From positions 1,268-65,267 of the forward strand of contig CAZOJT010000013.1 in the NCBI GenBank assembly GCA_964580215.1: a stretch of 64,000 nucleotides of DNA, given 5' to 3'. Shown here in pieces: positions 30,247 to 40,288 of this stretch. The stretch is from an uncultured Ignavibacteria bacterium (lineage in GTDB: Bacteria > Zixibacteria > MSB-5A5 > SM1-73). Below the pieces are notes generated by a model. The model was given only the letters and a program-made list of their open reading frames with translations, was not told the origin of the DNA and ran no database searches. Numbering within the stretch: position 1 is the first letter of the stretch; every line of letters starts with the position of its first letter. The position numbers and the translations under genes were made by a program.

Positions 30247-30262
30247 TGGCACAGCTTTTGCT
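30247..30262 (+). promoter_or_regulatory. Sigma54 (RpoN) promoter, TGGCAC-N5-TTGCT
   Basis: tggcacagcttttgct is a perfect match to the -24/-12 consensus (GG and GC spaced 10 nt). It lies ~80 bp upstream of the second pilin start. Confidence 0.65.
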
Positions 30263-30339
30263 TTAAAGTTTATGTGAAGATGAAAAGTGCTAAGAAAGTG
30301 AACAGGAAAAACTTAAACTAATGAAGGGGGTGAGAGAAG

Positions 30340-30771
30340 ATGTTGAGCAAATTTCACAGAAGTCAGAAGGGTTTCACCTTGATCGAGTTGATGATCGTGG
30401 TGGTCATCATCGGAATTTTGGCCGCACTGGCCATCCCACGATTCATGCGAGCGACCACCAAGTCCAAGCAGTCTGAGGCAAAGCAGGTCTTGAAGCAGAT
30501 CTACGCCATGGAGAGAGCTTATCGTCAGGAGTATAATGCCTACTGGGGTAACGGTATCAAAGCCTCAGCCGTCGCCGCCCAACAGGATAACTTCGGCCGC
30601 ATCGGTGTGGACATCATGTCCACCGCTCGTTACACTTACACCATCGTTGCGGCTGCGAACACCTTTACCGTAACCGCCACCTCAGGCATCCTGGACGATG
30701 ATGCCAAGGTGGATACCTGGACCATCAACGACGCAGGTCTTCTGTCCTGCACCAGCGATGACGCGCTCTAA
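30340..30771 (+). CDS. Type IV pilin (PilA-like), copy 2
   Basis: MLSKFHRSQKGFTLIELMIVVVIIGILAALAIPRF is the prepilin leader plus N-methyl-Phe helix. A variable C-terminal domain ends with a Cys pair (…CTSDDAL). Confidence 0.75.
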   Translation: MLSKFHRSQKGFTLIELMIVVVIIGILAALAIPRFMRATTKSKQSEAKQVLKQIYAMERAYRQEYNAYWGNGIKASAVAAQQDNFGRIGVDIMSTARYTYTIVAAANTFTVTATSGILDDDAKVDTWTINDAGLLSCTSDDAL

Positions 30772-30796
30772 GGGTTTAACTTCTTGTCTGACTAAA

Positions 30797-30833
30797 GGGG
30801 ACTCAAGGGTTTGAGTCCCCTTTTTTGTTTTTT
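30797..30833 (+). terminator. Rho-independent terminator after the pilin genes
   Basis: ggggactcaagggtttgagtcccc forms a stem, followed by tttttt gtttttt. Confidence 0.75.
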
Positions 30834-31063
30834 AGTAGGTCGGGTTTTCCGCCAAAGGCGAATCCACCTCCGGTGGAAAAGCAATTGTAGGTCCGAACCC
30901 CCCCGCCAACGGCGGGGGTTTCGGACAACAAAAGATTAATAAACAACCGAGAAAATCCGCAGGGATGAACCCTGCGCTACGCAAGCTAATGCACTCAATT
31001 CTCTCGCGTAGCCAAGCCTTTATGGCTTGGATGAACAATTTTTTCGCCGGAACAGCAAAGAGA

Positions 31064-31100
31064 TGTCGGATAGTCCCGCCTTTGGCGGGACATATCCGAC
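31064..31100. repeat. Extended hairpin containing the cccgcc-ttt-ggcggg core (widespread repeat family)
   Basis: tcggatagtcccgcctttggcgggacatatccga. The same core recurs at 6652-6668, 53121-53139, 38045-38063, 17327-17345, 18707-18722, 33212-33230, 50241-50258, 55445-55462, 55563-55580, 44083-44101 and 30893-30911. Confidence 0.8.
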
Positions 31101-31110
31101 CTACTAACCT

Positions 31111-33126
31111 ATGAGGTTAGAGATTAAATGTTTCTGCCCTTTTTCCGACCATAATAATATGCAATGGGTCGATGGATCCACCACAAGAAAGAATACAATC
31201 ATCGGTGGGGCAATTTTCATTGTAACATTCGGTATGTACATTTTCACCATGTGCCCCACCATTTACTGGGAGGACTCCGCTGCTTTTTGTGCTGTTCATT
31301 CCCTGTTGGGGATTCCTCATTCTCCAGGTTTTCCCATATATGTCCTTTGGGGGAGGCTTCTTACCATGGTCTCCATTTCCAATTCTGCCTTCTGCTCCAA
31401 CCTTATGTCCGCCTTCTGGGGCAGTCTAACACTGGCACTCCTATATCTTCTTATCATCGAAATCTTTGATCAGATGAAGTCCAGCCGTTCGCTTTTAAGA
31501 TTGTCCACCATAACCAGCATATTATTCTTGGCATTCTCCACCTCCTTTTGGCTTCAAGCCATAAGAGCAGAGGTTTATACTTTGAATATTTTTTCCACCG
31601 TTCTTCTGATTTTTCTTATGATAAAATGGTGGCACTTCAAGGAATCTCATCTCGGCTTCAGAATCTTGCTCTTGTTTTCTTTTATTCTGGGGCTATCTTT
31701 GACCAACCATCCTCTTCTGATCATCACCCTACTACCTGCCTTTCTGTTATTTTTCTTTTCCGCCCAGACGGGCGGTCGTCTAATCGCTGATTCTGAGTTT
31801 CTTTTAAACCCAAAGAAACTGTTTTTGTTGGCCATATTTCTTATGCTGGGAATATCCGTTTATCTTTATCTACCCATCCGATCAAATCTTTCACCTCTTA
31901 TCAACTGGGGAAAACCGGACTCCTGGTCAAACCTTCTCTGTTATCTGTTCCGAACCTCCCAGACAAGTGTTACTGCTTCTGATCCAGGTTTTCCCTATTT
32001 GAATCGCTTGTGGTTCAATCTCTCCTTCCCGGTGGCTCAATTCGGTCTGCCTTTTTTCTGGTTAGGTGTGGTGGGAGCAATTTCTTTGTTTAAATCCTGC
32101 CGGGGGATTTTCTTTCTCACTTTTTTTATCTTCACCCTGAACATGTTAACCGCCAGTTGGGCTGTCGATTTCTCTTTGAGAAACTATGATCTTTTGGGTT
32201 ATCTTTTGCCCTCGCTTTCCGTGTTTACCATCTGGTTCGCTTTAGGATTAAAGACAGTTTTAAGTTGGATGTTTAAAGAAGTTAGAATCCTTCACACAAA
32301 TCCCATTGGCCAAACCAATAAAGTTGTGAGCTATATGGTTGTATATGCCCTTTTTGGACTATTCCTCTTGCTGCCGTCCTTTCAGGTGTGGAGAAACCTC
32401 GACCAGTGCAATAAGAAATCCCAAGCTTGGGCTTACAGTTATGCGCACCAGATTCTAAGCTCTGTTAAAAAAGACGCCATGATCCTGGTGGGCGATGATA
32501 ACACTTTAACCTCCCTGTGGTATTTGAATCTGTCTTGTGGCATAAGACCGGATGTCAAGATATTAAGTATATCTGCCCTAACGCAGAAAAGTTATAGAGA
32601 ACAGATAAGCCAGCAATATAGAGACATAAAACTTCCAAAGCTTGGACAAAAAGATTTTGGGGAAATCGCATATGAGGTTTCCCAAATAAATGCTGACAAT
32701 TTCCCGGTCTATTCCACTCACTTCTCCAAACATCCCCTTTTTGTCCAGTATCTACGTCCGGCTGGATATTTGTTCGAGTTTTGTCCAAAAGGGGTAATTT
32801 TGACCGATAAAGATATTAAAGAACAGAAAGATTTCCTTAAAAGAAATTTGAAGCACGAAAACTTTGATATCTTAACCCGGGAGCATTTCGGGAATCTTAT
32901 TTTTAACCTGGGTGCATTTTATGACCTGAAAGGTGGTTCATCTTCATCCATAGAATATTTTCTGTGGGCTCTGGATGTGGACTCAACCAATCCAAGGATC
33001 TACTTTCAGTTGGGGAAAGCGTTTCTGAAAAACGGGGACAAAACTAAAGCTCTAGATTTCTTTCAGGCAGGTTTGGAGTTGGATCCATATAATCTGGAGG
33101 CAAGAAGGCTTTTAGAAAAAACTTAA
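31111..33126 (+). CDS. DUF2723/PMT-like GT-C glycosyltransferase with a C-terminal TPR domain, copy 2
   Basis: Paralog of 27485-29452 with the same architecture (IYWEDSAAF motif in the first loop, polytopic membrane region, C-terminal TPR). The start is probably the internal ATG at ~31159. Confidence 0.55.
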   Translation: MRLEIKCFCPFSDHNNMQWVDGSTTRKNTIIGGAIFIVTFGMYIFTMCPTIYWEDSAAFCAVHSLLGIPHSPGFPIYVLWGRLLTMVSISNSAFCSNLMSAFWGSLTLALLYLLIIEIFDQMKSSRSLLRLSTITSILFLAFSTSFWLQAIRAEVYTLNIFSTVLLIFLMIKWWHFKESHLGFRILLLFSFILGLSLTNHPLLIITLLPAFLLFFFSAQTGGRLIADSEFLLNPKKLFLLAIFLMLGISVYLYLPIRSNLSPLINWGKPDSWSNLLCYLFRTSQTSVTASDPGFPYLNRLWFNLSFPVAQFGLPFFWLGVVGAISLFKSCRGIFFLTFFIFTLNMLTASWAVDFSLRNYDLLGYLLPSLSVFTIWFALGLKTVLSWMFKEVRILHTNPIGQTNKVVSYMVVYALFGLFLLLPSFQVWRNLDQCNKKSQAWAYSYAHQILSSVKKDAMILVGDDNTLTSLWYLNLSCGIRPDVKILSISALTQKSYREQISQQYRDIKLPKLGQKDFGEIAYEVSQINADNFPVYSTHFSKHPLFVQYLRPAGYLFEFCPKGVILTDKDIKEQKDFLKRNLKHENFDILTREHFGNLIFNLGAFYDLKGGSSSSIEYFLWALDVDSTNPRIYFQLGKAFLKNGDKTKALDFFQAGLELDPYNLEARRLLEKT

Positions 33127-33304
33127 AAAGAGGGCTTTTTTACCTCGCCCCCTTTGTTCCCCTTCAGGGTGAATCCTTCAGGGTGAACCCCTCTCCATTC
33201 CAGGTCGAAGATCCCGCCAGAGGCGGGGGAGAGAGGGATAGGGGGAAAGATTTTCCTCTCAAGAACTTTAGGCACTAAAGCGAAGAAAACCTAAAGAGAA
33301 AAAA

Positions 33305-34384
33305 ATGAGGCAGAAAAAAGACATAGACATATCTGTGGTTGTGCCCATGTTCAATGAACAGGAGAATGTCAAAAACACTCTGGACCGGCTTACCCAGGCT
33401 TTGGACTCCATCCCCAAAACATGGGAGATAATTGTGGTGGATGATGGCTCAACTGATCAGACCAAAAAGTTGGTGAAGGATTACTCCCATTTCAATCGCT
33501 GGGTCAAGCTGATCTCTTATCCTATCAACCAGGGAAGAGGGAAAGCGCTGAGAGTTGGATTTGCCCATGCTCAGGGTAAGATAATATGCACCACTGATGC
33601 TGATCTAAGCTATGATGAAAGATACATTCTGCAGATGATTGAGATTCTGGATAAAAATCCGGATGTGGATCTGGTGGTGGGCTCACCCTATGCTCATGGA
33701 GGGGAAGCCGAGGGAGTTTCTCTCTTCAGATTGCTTTTAAGCAAATGGGGGAATAAGATTTTAGGATTTGCCATGAAAGGTGGGCTTTCCACTGTGACCG
33801 GAGTTTTAAGGGCATATCATAAAGAATGCATAAGCTCGCTGGAGTTGGAATCAGATGGTAAGGAGATACATCTGGAGATTCTGTCCAAAGCACTGTCCAT
33901 GGGCTACAAAGCCAAAGAACTGCCCGCCACCTTGAAAGCCAGAACCAAAGGGAAGTCTAAGTTTAAGTTTAAAGCCACCGCAGTATCGCATCTGATCTTT
34001 TCGTTTTTCGAAAAACCCATAATTCTATTTGGCGCCATCGGTCTTTTCATGCTCTTCTTAGGATTTGTTGGTGGAACTTACATTATATATCTTTGGCAGA
34101 AGGGAACTTTAAATCCCAACCGACCCCTGATGACTTTGATAGTGCTTTTGATCGTAGCTGGAATTCAGGTGCTCCTTTTTGGATTTTTGGGGACACAGAT
34201 AGTTCACTTAAGAAAAGAACTTTATAAAATACAAAGAGAAAACAAAACTTTGGAAAACAAAATAAACAATTTACCTGCAAAGATTGAAGTGGAGAAGAAA
34301 GAACCGGAGCGTGTATCTTCAAACAAGCCCAGACAATCTAAAAACTGTTCAGCCCAGCAGATGAATATATCTCCCAACAGATGA
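33305..34384 (+). CDS. GT2-family polyprenyl-phosphate glycosyltransferase (Dpm1/GtrB/ArnC-like) with a C-terminal TM anchor
   Basis: VVVPMFNEQENV, VVDDGSTD and DADL (DxD) motifs are present. Two C-terminal TM helices follow, as in GtrB/ArnC. Confidence 0.75.
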   Translation: MRQKKDIDISVVVPMFNEQENVKNTLDRLTQALDSIPKTWEIIVVDDGSTDQTKKLVKDYSHFNRWVKLISYPINQGRGKALRVGFAHAQGKIICTTDADLSYDERYILQMIEILDKNPDVDLVVGSPYAHGGEAEGVSLFRLLLSKWGNKILGFAMKGGLSTVTGVLRAYHKECISSLELESDGKEIHLEILSKALSMGYKAKELPATLKARTKGKSKFKFKATAVSHLIFSFFEKPIILFGAIGLFMLFLGFVGGTYIIYLWQKGTLNPNRPLMTLIVLLIVAGIQVLLFGFLGTQIVHLRKELYKIQRENKTLENKINNLPAKIEVEKKEPERVSSNKPRQSKNCSAQQMNISPNR

Positions 34385-34470
34385 AATAGATCAAAAGATA
34401 AGAAAATGCGTGTGCATCTTCGATCTGTTTAATCCTTTCATCTGTTGGGAATTCTTTAATCTGTTGGAAA
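34370..34470. repeat. Inverted-repeat element cccaacagatgaaa…tcatctgttggg (second copy at 52985-53045)
   Basis: Read directly from the sequence. Confidence 0.7.
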
Positions 34471-34488
34471 AAGCCAATCAAAGAACAA

Positions 34489-35682
34489 ATGTCAACCTCC
34501 CAAAAAATCTGCCTGATCACCAATCGTTATCCTACGCATCCTGACGATGTGGCTTCACCCTTTGTGCATGACTTTCATTTGGGATTGAAGGAAAGAGGGC
34601 TGGATGTTTCCGCCTTCACCCCCTATTATCCGAATCTGGACCCTGCGGATCAAACACAAAAGACAGATTGGACAGAGGATATAGTTAGATTTCACTGGTG
34701 GGGGGGAGAAAAGGTGGTGGGCTCTTTAAATTTCTTTAATCCCAAAGAGTTTTTTCAGCTTTACTCTTTTCTCAAAAATGGGAAATCTCAGCTTTTAGAA
34801 CATCTCAAAAAAACCAATCCCGATTTTTGCTTGGCTTTATGGGCACTTCCCTCAGGATGGTTTGCTTATCAGGCAAAGAAAGAACTTGACATCCCTTATT
34901 CCGTTTGGTGTCTCGGCTCGGATATTTACGTCTGGGCAAAAAAGCCGATTTTGCGAAAAATCATAAGAAAAGTCCTGCAGGAGGCAGACTATCTTTTTGC
35001 AGATGGATTCGATTTGAAAGAAAAGACCGAAAAGCTATCGGGCAAAAGGTGTCTTTTTCTTCCCAGCATGAGAAAGCTTCCACAAGCATTTAACAAAAAA
35101 GACCAACTTGATCCTGCAAAATTCAATTTCTTGTATGTGGGGCGATGGGATAAAAAGAAAGGTTTAGATGATTTGATTAAAGCATTTGGTCTGGTCAAAA
35201 ACAAGCTGCCCTCTGTCAATCTTCATATTCTTGGATGGGGTAGCTTTGAGAAAAAGATGAAGAAATTGATAGAAGAACTCAAATTAGAAGAGCAGATCAA
35301 AATAGTAGGAAGAGTTTCTACCACCATGGTGGCTAACTATATCAAGCAATCAGACTGCGTGACCATCCCCTCTAAAAGTGACAGCATTCCTTTAGTCTTC
35401 TCCGAGGCGCTTCAGATGGGGACTCCTCTTATTGTCACCGATGTGGGAGACATGGGTTCTCTAGTAAAAAGATTTAAGCTGGGCAAAGTAGTTCCCCCAG
35501 GAGACACACAAAAGTTAGCCCAAGCTATGATCGAGTTTGCCTGCGAAAAAAAGGATTACTCTAAGAATATGCCAGAAGCCTTAAAATTACTTAACATTGA
35601 AAAAGCAGTGAATGATTATCTAAAGACCGTTGGCTTTGAAGAGCACACCCAAGCCTCAACCATCCGGACGTTAAGCCACTGA
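34489..35682 (+). CDS. GT4-family (GT-B, group 1) glycosyltransferase
   Basis: A C-terminal EX7E-type motif region (FSEALQMGTPLIVTDVG) and a Rossmann-like GT-B arrangement are present. Confidence 0.7.
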   Translation: MSTSQKICLITNRYPTHPDDVASPFVHDFHLGLKERGLDVSAFTPYYPNLDPADQTQKTDWTEDIVRFHWWGGEKVVGSLNFFNPKEFFQLYSFLKNGKSQLLEHLKKTNPDFCLALWALPSGWFAYQAKKELDIPYSVWCLGSDIYVWAKKPILRKIIRKVLQEADYLFADGFDLKEKTEKLSGKRCLFLPSMRKLPQAFNKKDQLDPAKFNFLYVGRWDKKKGLDDLIKAFGLVKNKLPSVNLHILGWGSFEKKMKKLIEELKLEEQIKIVGRVSTTMVANYIKQSDCVTIPSKSDSIPLVFSEALQMGTPLIVTDVGDMGSLVKRFKLGKVVPPGDTQKLAQAMIEFACEKKDYSKNMPEALKLLNIEKAVNDYLKTVGFEEHTQASTIRTLSH

Positions 35683-35869
35683 GACTTTCTGTGCCCGCCA
35701 GGTCCCCTGACCTGGCGGAAGCTGCCTGTCGGGTCGGGGACCCGACAGGCACAGGGAGAATATGCCAGAAGCCTTAAAATTACTCAATATTGAAAAGGCA
35801 GTGGATGATTATCTAAAGACCGTTGGCTTTAAAGAGCACACCCAAGCCCAAACCTGCAGTATCTTAAAC
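35673..35869 (+). repeat. Structured ~85-bp insert with two GC-rich hairpins and ctgtgcc/ggcacag termini, followed by a ~95-bp diverged duplicate of the GT4 3' end
   Basis: 35759-35853 is about 93% identical to 35566-35660, and the duplicate retains a stop codon in the same relative position. The insert contains the hairpins cgccaggtcccctgacctggcg and gcctgtcgggtcggggacccgacaggc. Confidence 0.7.
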
Positions 35870-35994
35870 CGATAAGATTTACCTGCCCGTCATGCTCTTC
35901 GAAAAATGAGAAATTTTTGGTGTCAATTTGACTTGCTTTTAGAAGGGGATTTGATTATCTATTATTTCAAATTCAAAGTTAGGAGAAACGAAAT

Positions 35995-36984
35995 TTGAAG
36001 ATAAAAGGTAAAAAGGTTTTGGTCACCGGAGCGGGTGGATTTGTGGGAAGCCATCTAGTGGAGGCGCTGGTGAAAAGAAACGCCCGAGTAAGGGCTTTTG
36101 TCCATTACAATTCCCGAAATGACTGGGGAATGCTGGAGGATGTGGCAAAAAATATACTGAATGAGGTTAAAGTGGTGACTGGGGATTTAAAAGATGCAGA
36201 CTGTGTCAGAGAAGCTGTCCGTGGTCAACAGGTGATATTTCATCTGGGAGCTTTAATCGGAATCCCTTATTCCTACGTAAACCCCAGAGACGTGGTCGAT
36301 ACCAACATAAATGGCACCCTTAATGTTCTGACCGCAGCACTTGATTTTGGCACGGAAAAAGTAGTCCACACCTCCACCAGCGAGATCTACGGCACGGCTC
36401 AATATGTTCCCATGGATGAGAAACACCCGGTAAATCCTCAATCACCTTATGCCGCCAGCAAGTTGGGAGCAGATCTTTTAGCGTTAAGCTTTCACCGCTC
36501 CTTTGATCTGCCAGTGGGGATAATCAGACCTTTCAACATCTATGGTCCCAGACAATCCGCCCGGGCAGTGATCCCGTCCATTATCACCCAGGTTCTGCTT
36601 AAAAAGAAAATCGCCTTAGGCTCTGTTTATCCCACCCGAGATTTGACTTTTGTGAAGGACTCGGTGAACGGATTCATCGACTTTGCCGAATGCGAAAAAA
36701 CAGTGGGTGAGGTGGTGAACTTAGGATCGGGTTTTGAGGTGTCGATAAATCAAATAATCAACCTTATTTTAGATTGTCTGGGAAAGAGAATCCAGTTTCA
36801 AAGAGAAAAGAAAAGGATTCGACCTGAAAAAAGTGAGGTGGAAAGGCTTTTTTCAGATTCCAGCAAAGCCAAAAGACTTTTTGGATGGCAACCCAAAACA
36901 AATCTCAAGCGGGGAATAGAGAAGACCATAAGTTGGTATGAAAAGAATCTAAGAAGATACAAAGCGGATATTTACAATATTTAA
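35995..36984 (+). CDS. NAD-dependent nucleotide-sugar epimerase/dehydratase (extended SDR)
   Basis: VLVTGAGGFVGSHLVEAL (GxxGxxG) and YAASK (YxxxK) are present. A TTG start at 35995 is preceded by an AGGAGA RBS. Confidence 0.8.
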   Translation: MKIKGKKVLVTGAGGFVGSHLVEALVKRNARVRAFVHYNSRNDWGMLEDVAKNILNEVKVVTGDLKDADCVREAVRGQQVIFHLGALIGIPYSYVNPRDVVDTNINGTLNVLTAALDFGTEKVVHTSTSEIYGTAQYVPMDEKHPVNPQSPYAASKLGADLLALSFHRSFDLPVGIIRPFNIYGPRQSARAVIPSIITQVLLKKKIALGSVYPTRDLTFVKDSVNGFIDFAECEKTVGEVVNLGSGFEVSINQIINLILDCLGKRIQFQREKKRIRPEKSEVERLFSDSSKAKRLFGWQPKTNLKRGIEKTISWYEKNLRRYKADIYNI

Positions 36985-37212
36985 CCAAATTTGGAGTGTG
37001 TGGATAAATTCTGTGTAGGGACAGGGCTTGTCCCTGTCCTGGCTCCAATAAGGACAGCCACAAGGGTTCATCCTGAAGGGTTGTCCCTACGATTGCCATG
37101 CGATGTTGAACTAAGATCGTCTATAGGGGCGGGAATTTATCCCGCCCCAAGATCTGGATTTTTTAGCAGCCCAAAAAGATTTTGGCTACAACTATCAGAG
37201 GTAATCTAAACT

Positions 37213-37923
37213 ATGAAGGTGATTATCTTAGCCGGTGGTAAAGGCAGACGGCTTTATCCTTATACTGTGGTTTTGCCCAAGCCACTTATGCCCATCGGTG
37301 ATTTCCCCATCCTGGAGGTGATCTTAAGGCAACTTAAAAAATGCAATCTTGTCGACATCACTCTGGCCGTAGGTCATCTGGGCAATTTGATTCAAACCTA
37401 TTTCGGTGATGGGTCCAAATGGGGGGTAAACATTGAATATAGCTTCGAGGAAGAACCTCTGGGCACAGTTGGTCCCTTGACCTGTTTGAACAATTTGGAT
37501 CAAACGTTTATGGTGATGAACGGCGATCTACTCACCACGTTGAATTATCTTGATTTAGTTGAATATCACAAAAAACAGAATGCGATCGCCACAGTGGCAT
37601 CACAGAAAAGATGGGTGGATGTCGACTTCGGCGTGATCCAAAAAGATAAAGATGAGAGCATGGTCAAATACATAGAAAAGCCCAGGCTATCTTATCTGGT
37701 GAGTATGGGAATTTACGTGTTTGAGCCGGAGATAATCGACTTCATCCCCCGGGGCGAAAAATTTGATTTCCCCGATCTGATGCAACTTCTTCTGCAAAAG
37801 GAAAAAAAGGTGGGGATATATGAATCTTTTGATTTCTGGCTGGATATAGGAAGACCGGACGACTATCAAAAAGCTGTGGAGGAATTTGAGAAAAACAGAA
37901 ATAAATTTCTGAACGAAGAATAA
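37213..37923 (+). CDS. Sugar-1-phosphate nucleotidyltransferase (RfbF/glucose-1-P cytidylyltransferase-like)
   Basis: Contains MKVIILAGGKGRRLYPYT, the G-rich NTP-transferase signature. Length is ~236 aa. Confidence 0.7.
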   Translation: MKVIILAGGKGRRLYPYTVVLPKPLMPIGDFPILEVILRQLKKCNLVDITLAVGHLGNLIQTYFGDGSKWGVNIEYSFEEEPLGTVGPLTCLNNLDQTFMVMNGDLLTTLNYLDLVEYHKKQNAIATVASQKRWVDVDFGVIQKDKDESMVKYIEKPRLSYLVSMGIYVFEPEIIDFIPRGEKFDFPDLMQLLLQKEKKVGIYESFDFWLDIGRPDDYQKAVEEFEKNRNKFLNEE

Positions 37924-38126
37924 AAAAATAACAAATTTGACTGTATCGCAGTCCTATTAAAACGCTAACGAAAACATATCGAGCATGAAGACAAGCTCTA
38001 AGCTCCTCTGAGAATGTAGTTGCTCGATTTATCGGGCCCAATCACCGCCTTTGTCCCGCCTCCGGCGGGATAAAAGCGGTATGAATTGGGCAACTACAAT
38101 TTCTTACCAAAGATCAAAGATAAAAA

Positions 38127-39275
38127 ATGAAATGGAAAGTTACTTTATCTGATCTGAATTTCGACCAGCGTGAGCGAAAGATGGTTGATAGGGTGATAAG
38201 AAGCAAGTGGCTCACCATGGGCGAAACTGTCGAAAGGCTGGAGAAAGAGTTCGCCGAATTTATAGGGACCAAACATGCCATCGCAGTCTCCAGTGGCACG
38301 GCGGCTTTGCATCTGGCTATGAGAGTTCTAAACATCAAATCAAATGACGAGGTCATCGTTCCATCATTAAGTTTTGTTGCCTCCTCCAATGCCATCCTGT
38401 ATGTGGGAGCAAAGCCTGTGTTCGTGGATATAAGCTCACGAAATGATTTCAACCTATCCTGTGAAGATTTAGAGAGGAAGATCACTCCCAAAACCCGGGC
38501 GATAGTGGTGGTTCACTACGGCGGGTATCTGGCGGACATGGACGAAATTGAAAGAATCGCCAGAAAACACCGGCTTTTCATCATCGAAGATTCAGCCCAT
38601 GCCATAGGAGCAGACCTAAATTCAAAGATGGCTGGCACACTTGGGGACGTGGGTTGTTTCTCTTTTTTCTCCAACAAGAATCTGGCAACCGGTGAGGGAG
38701 GAATGATCGTAACCGACAACGATCGGCTTGCAAAAAGACTCAAACTTCTCAGGTCTCATGGAATGACCAGCATGACCCTGAACAGACACAAAGGTCATGC
38801 TTATTCATACGACGTGGTGGAGCTGGGATATAATTATCGAATGACCGAGATATCTGCCGCACTTGGTATATTGCAGTTAAAGAAATTATCTCAGGCTAAT
38901 AAAAAAAGAAAGATCTTAACAAATATTTATGTGTCGAATTTAGAAAAGGCCGAAGGTCTTTCCATCCCGTTCAAGGATTATCCACGCAACTCCTCCTATC
39001 ATCTTTTTCCCATCCTTCTGAACAAAAAGACAAACAGGAAAAAATTTATGGAGCTTTTGAAAAAAGAAGGAATCCAGTCCAGCATACATTACCCGCCCAT
39101 TCATAAGTTTTCCTTCTATCGAAGAAATCTAAAGGGAAATCAGACAAAGCTCCCCTTAACAGAATATGTGGGGGCACATGAGTTAACCCTTCCCCTACAT
39201 CCTCTGCTTGAAAAGGAAAACGTTGTTTTTGTCTGTGAGAAAATAAAAAAGATTCTCCCCAAAACTTTAAGATGA
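38127..39275 (+). CDS. DegT/DnrJ/EryC1/StrS-family PLP-dependent sugar aminotransferase
   Basis: DSAHAIGA and a PLP lysine in FSFFSNKNLATGEGG are present, consistent with the fold-type I AAT family. Confidence 0.8.
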   Translation: MKWKVTLSDLNFDQRERKMVDRVIRSKWLTMGETVERLEKEFAEFIGTKHAIAVSSGTAALHLAMRVLNIKSNDEVIVPSLSFVASSNAILYVGAKPVFVDISSRNDFNLSCEDLERKITPKTRAIVVVHYGGYLADMDEIERIARKHRLFIIEDSAHAIGADLNSKMAGTLGDVGCFSFFSNKNLATGEGGMIVTDNDRLAKRLKLLRSHGMTSMTLNRHKGHAYSYDVVELGYNYRMTEISAALGILQLKKLSQANKKRKILTNIYVSNLEKAEGLSIPFKDYPRNSSYHLFPILLNKKTNRKKFMELLKKEGIQSSIHYPPIHKFSFYRRNLKGNQTKLPLTEYVGAHELTLPLHPLLEKENVVFVCEKIKKILPKTLR

Positions 39276-40288
39276 ATTTGATCGTCTTAGAAGAGCCAAA
39301 TGACAAGTGGGATGAGTTTGTTTGCTTACATTCGAACCTGATCTTCCATACCTCCTTATGGTGGAAAGTCTTGAAAGAAAGCTATGGATGCGGTATGCAA
39401 TATTTGGTATTCGAAGATGGAGGAAAATGGCTTTCTGCTCTGCCTGGAATGATGGTGGGCAACCGATTCTTTAAGGTGTTCTATTCTCTAATCCCATACG
39501 GGGGGTTTATCGGAGATCGAGAGCACATCCCTGAATTCTTAAGCTTTTTGAACAGTTGGGCGAGGAAGGAGAAAATTCAACGCATTCAGATCGTGGATGT
39601 AGACATTAAGAAAAAGCAAGATCTGCCCGATTTTAACTGTGTGGAGTCATATCGGCATCTGTTGGAGTTGAGAGACAAAACCACAGATCAGATCTGGAAA
39701 AATTATAAAGATAGTCTGAAAAGGAACATAAAGACCGCTTTGAAATCGGATCTTTATTTTGAAAAGATAAAATCGCGGGAAGAGGTGGATCTATTTTATC
39801 GTCTCTATCTGGATTCGATGAGAAGGAACAAAGCTTTGGTTAAATATCCGATCCAGCTTTTCTTAAAGATTTATGATCTTTTGGTTCCCAAATTTTCCGA
39901 TATGTTTTTTATGAAATACCGCAACCAGCCAGTAGCAGGGATGGTGGTAATTTATTCTGACGCCGCCGCTCATTATTTCCATGGCGGATCGGCTACCGAA
40001 TACCTACATTTAAGACCCAACGATCTTTTATTTCATCATGCCATCCAGATCGCCAAAGAGAAAGGAAAATCATATTTCGATTTCTTTGGTTCAGACAAGA
40101 AACTTTTATCTCTGATTCAGTTTAAGGATAAGTGGGGAACAAAAAGAGAGGAGCTTTTGAACTTTCATAAGGATATAGGTGTAGTTCGACCTCTTCTCTT
40201 CAAAATCGTTTTAAGATTGGCGCAAACTTCCGTTGGATCTGCGGTTCATAGAGGACTGAAATCGCTGCATAAGGGGAGCAGAGCATGA
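39272..40288 (+). CDS. FemAB-like / GNAT-fold acyltransferase (probable amino-sugar N-acyl or aminoacyl transferase)
   Basis: 338 aa with a composition resembling the FemAB / Acetyltransf_6 family seen in O-antigen clusters. Its start overlaps the aminotransferase gene. No motif was verified. Confidence 0.35.
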   Translation: MNLIVLEEPNDKWDEFVCLHSNLIFHTSLWWKVLKESYGCGMQYLVFEDGGKWLSALPGMMVGNRFFKVFYSLIPYGGFIGDREHIPEFLSFLNSWARKEKIQRIQIVDVDIKKKQDLPDFNCVESYRHLLELRDKTTDQIWKNYKDSLKRNIKTALKSDLYFEKIKSREEVDLFYRLYLDSMRRNKALVKYPIQLFLKIYDLLVPKFSDMFFMKYRNQPVAGMVVIYSDAAAHYFHGGSATEYLHLRPNDLLFHHAIQIAKEKGKSYFDFFGSDKKLLSLIQFKDKWGTKREELLNFHKDIGVVRPLLFKIVLRLAQTSVGSAVHRGLKSLHKGSRA

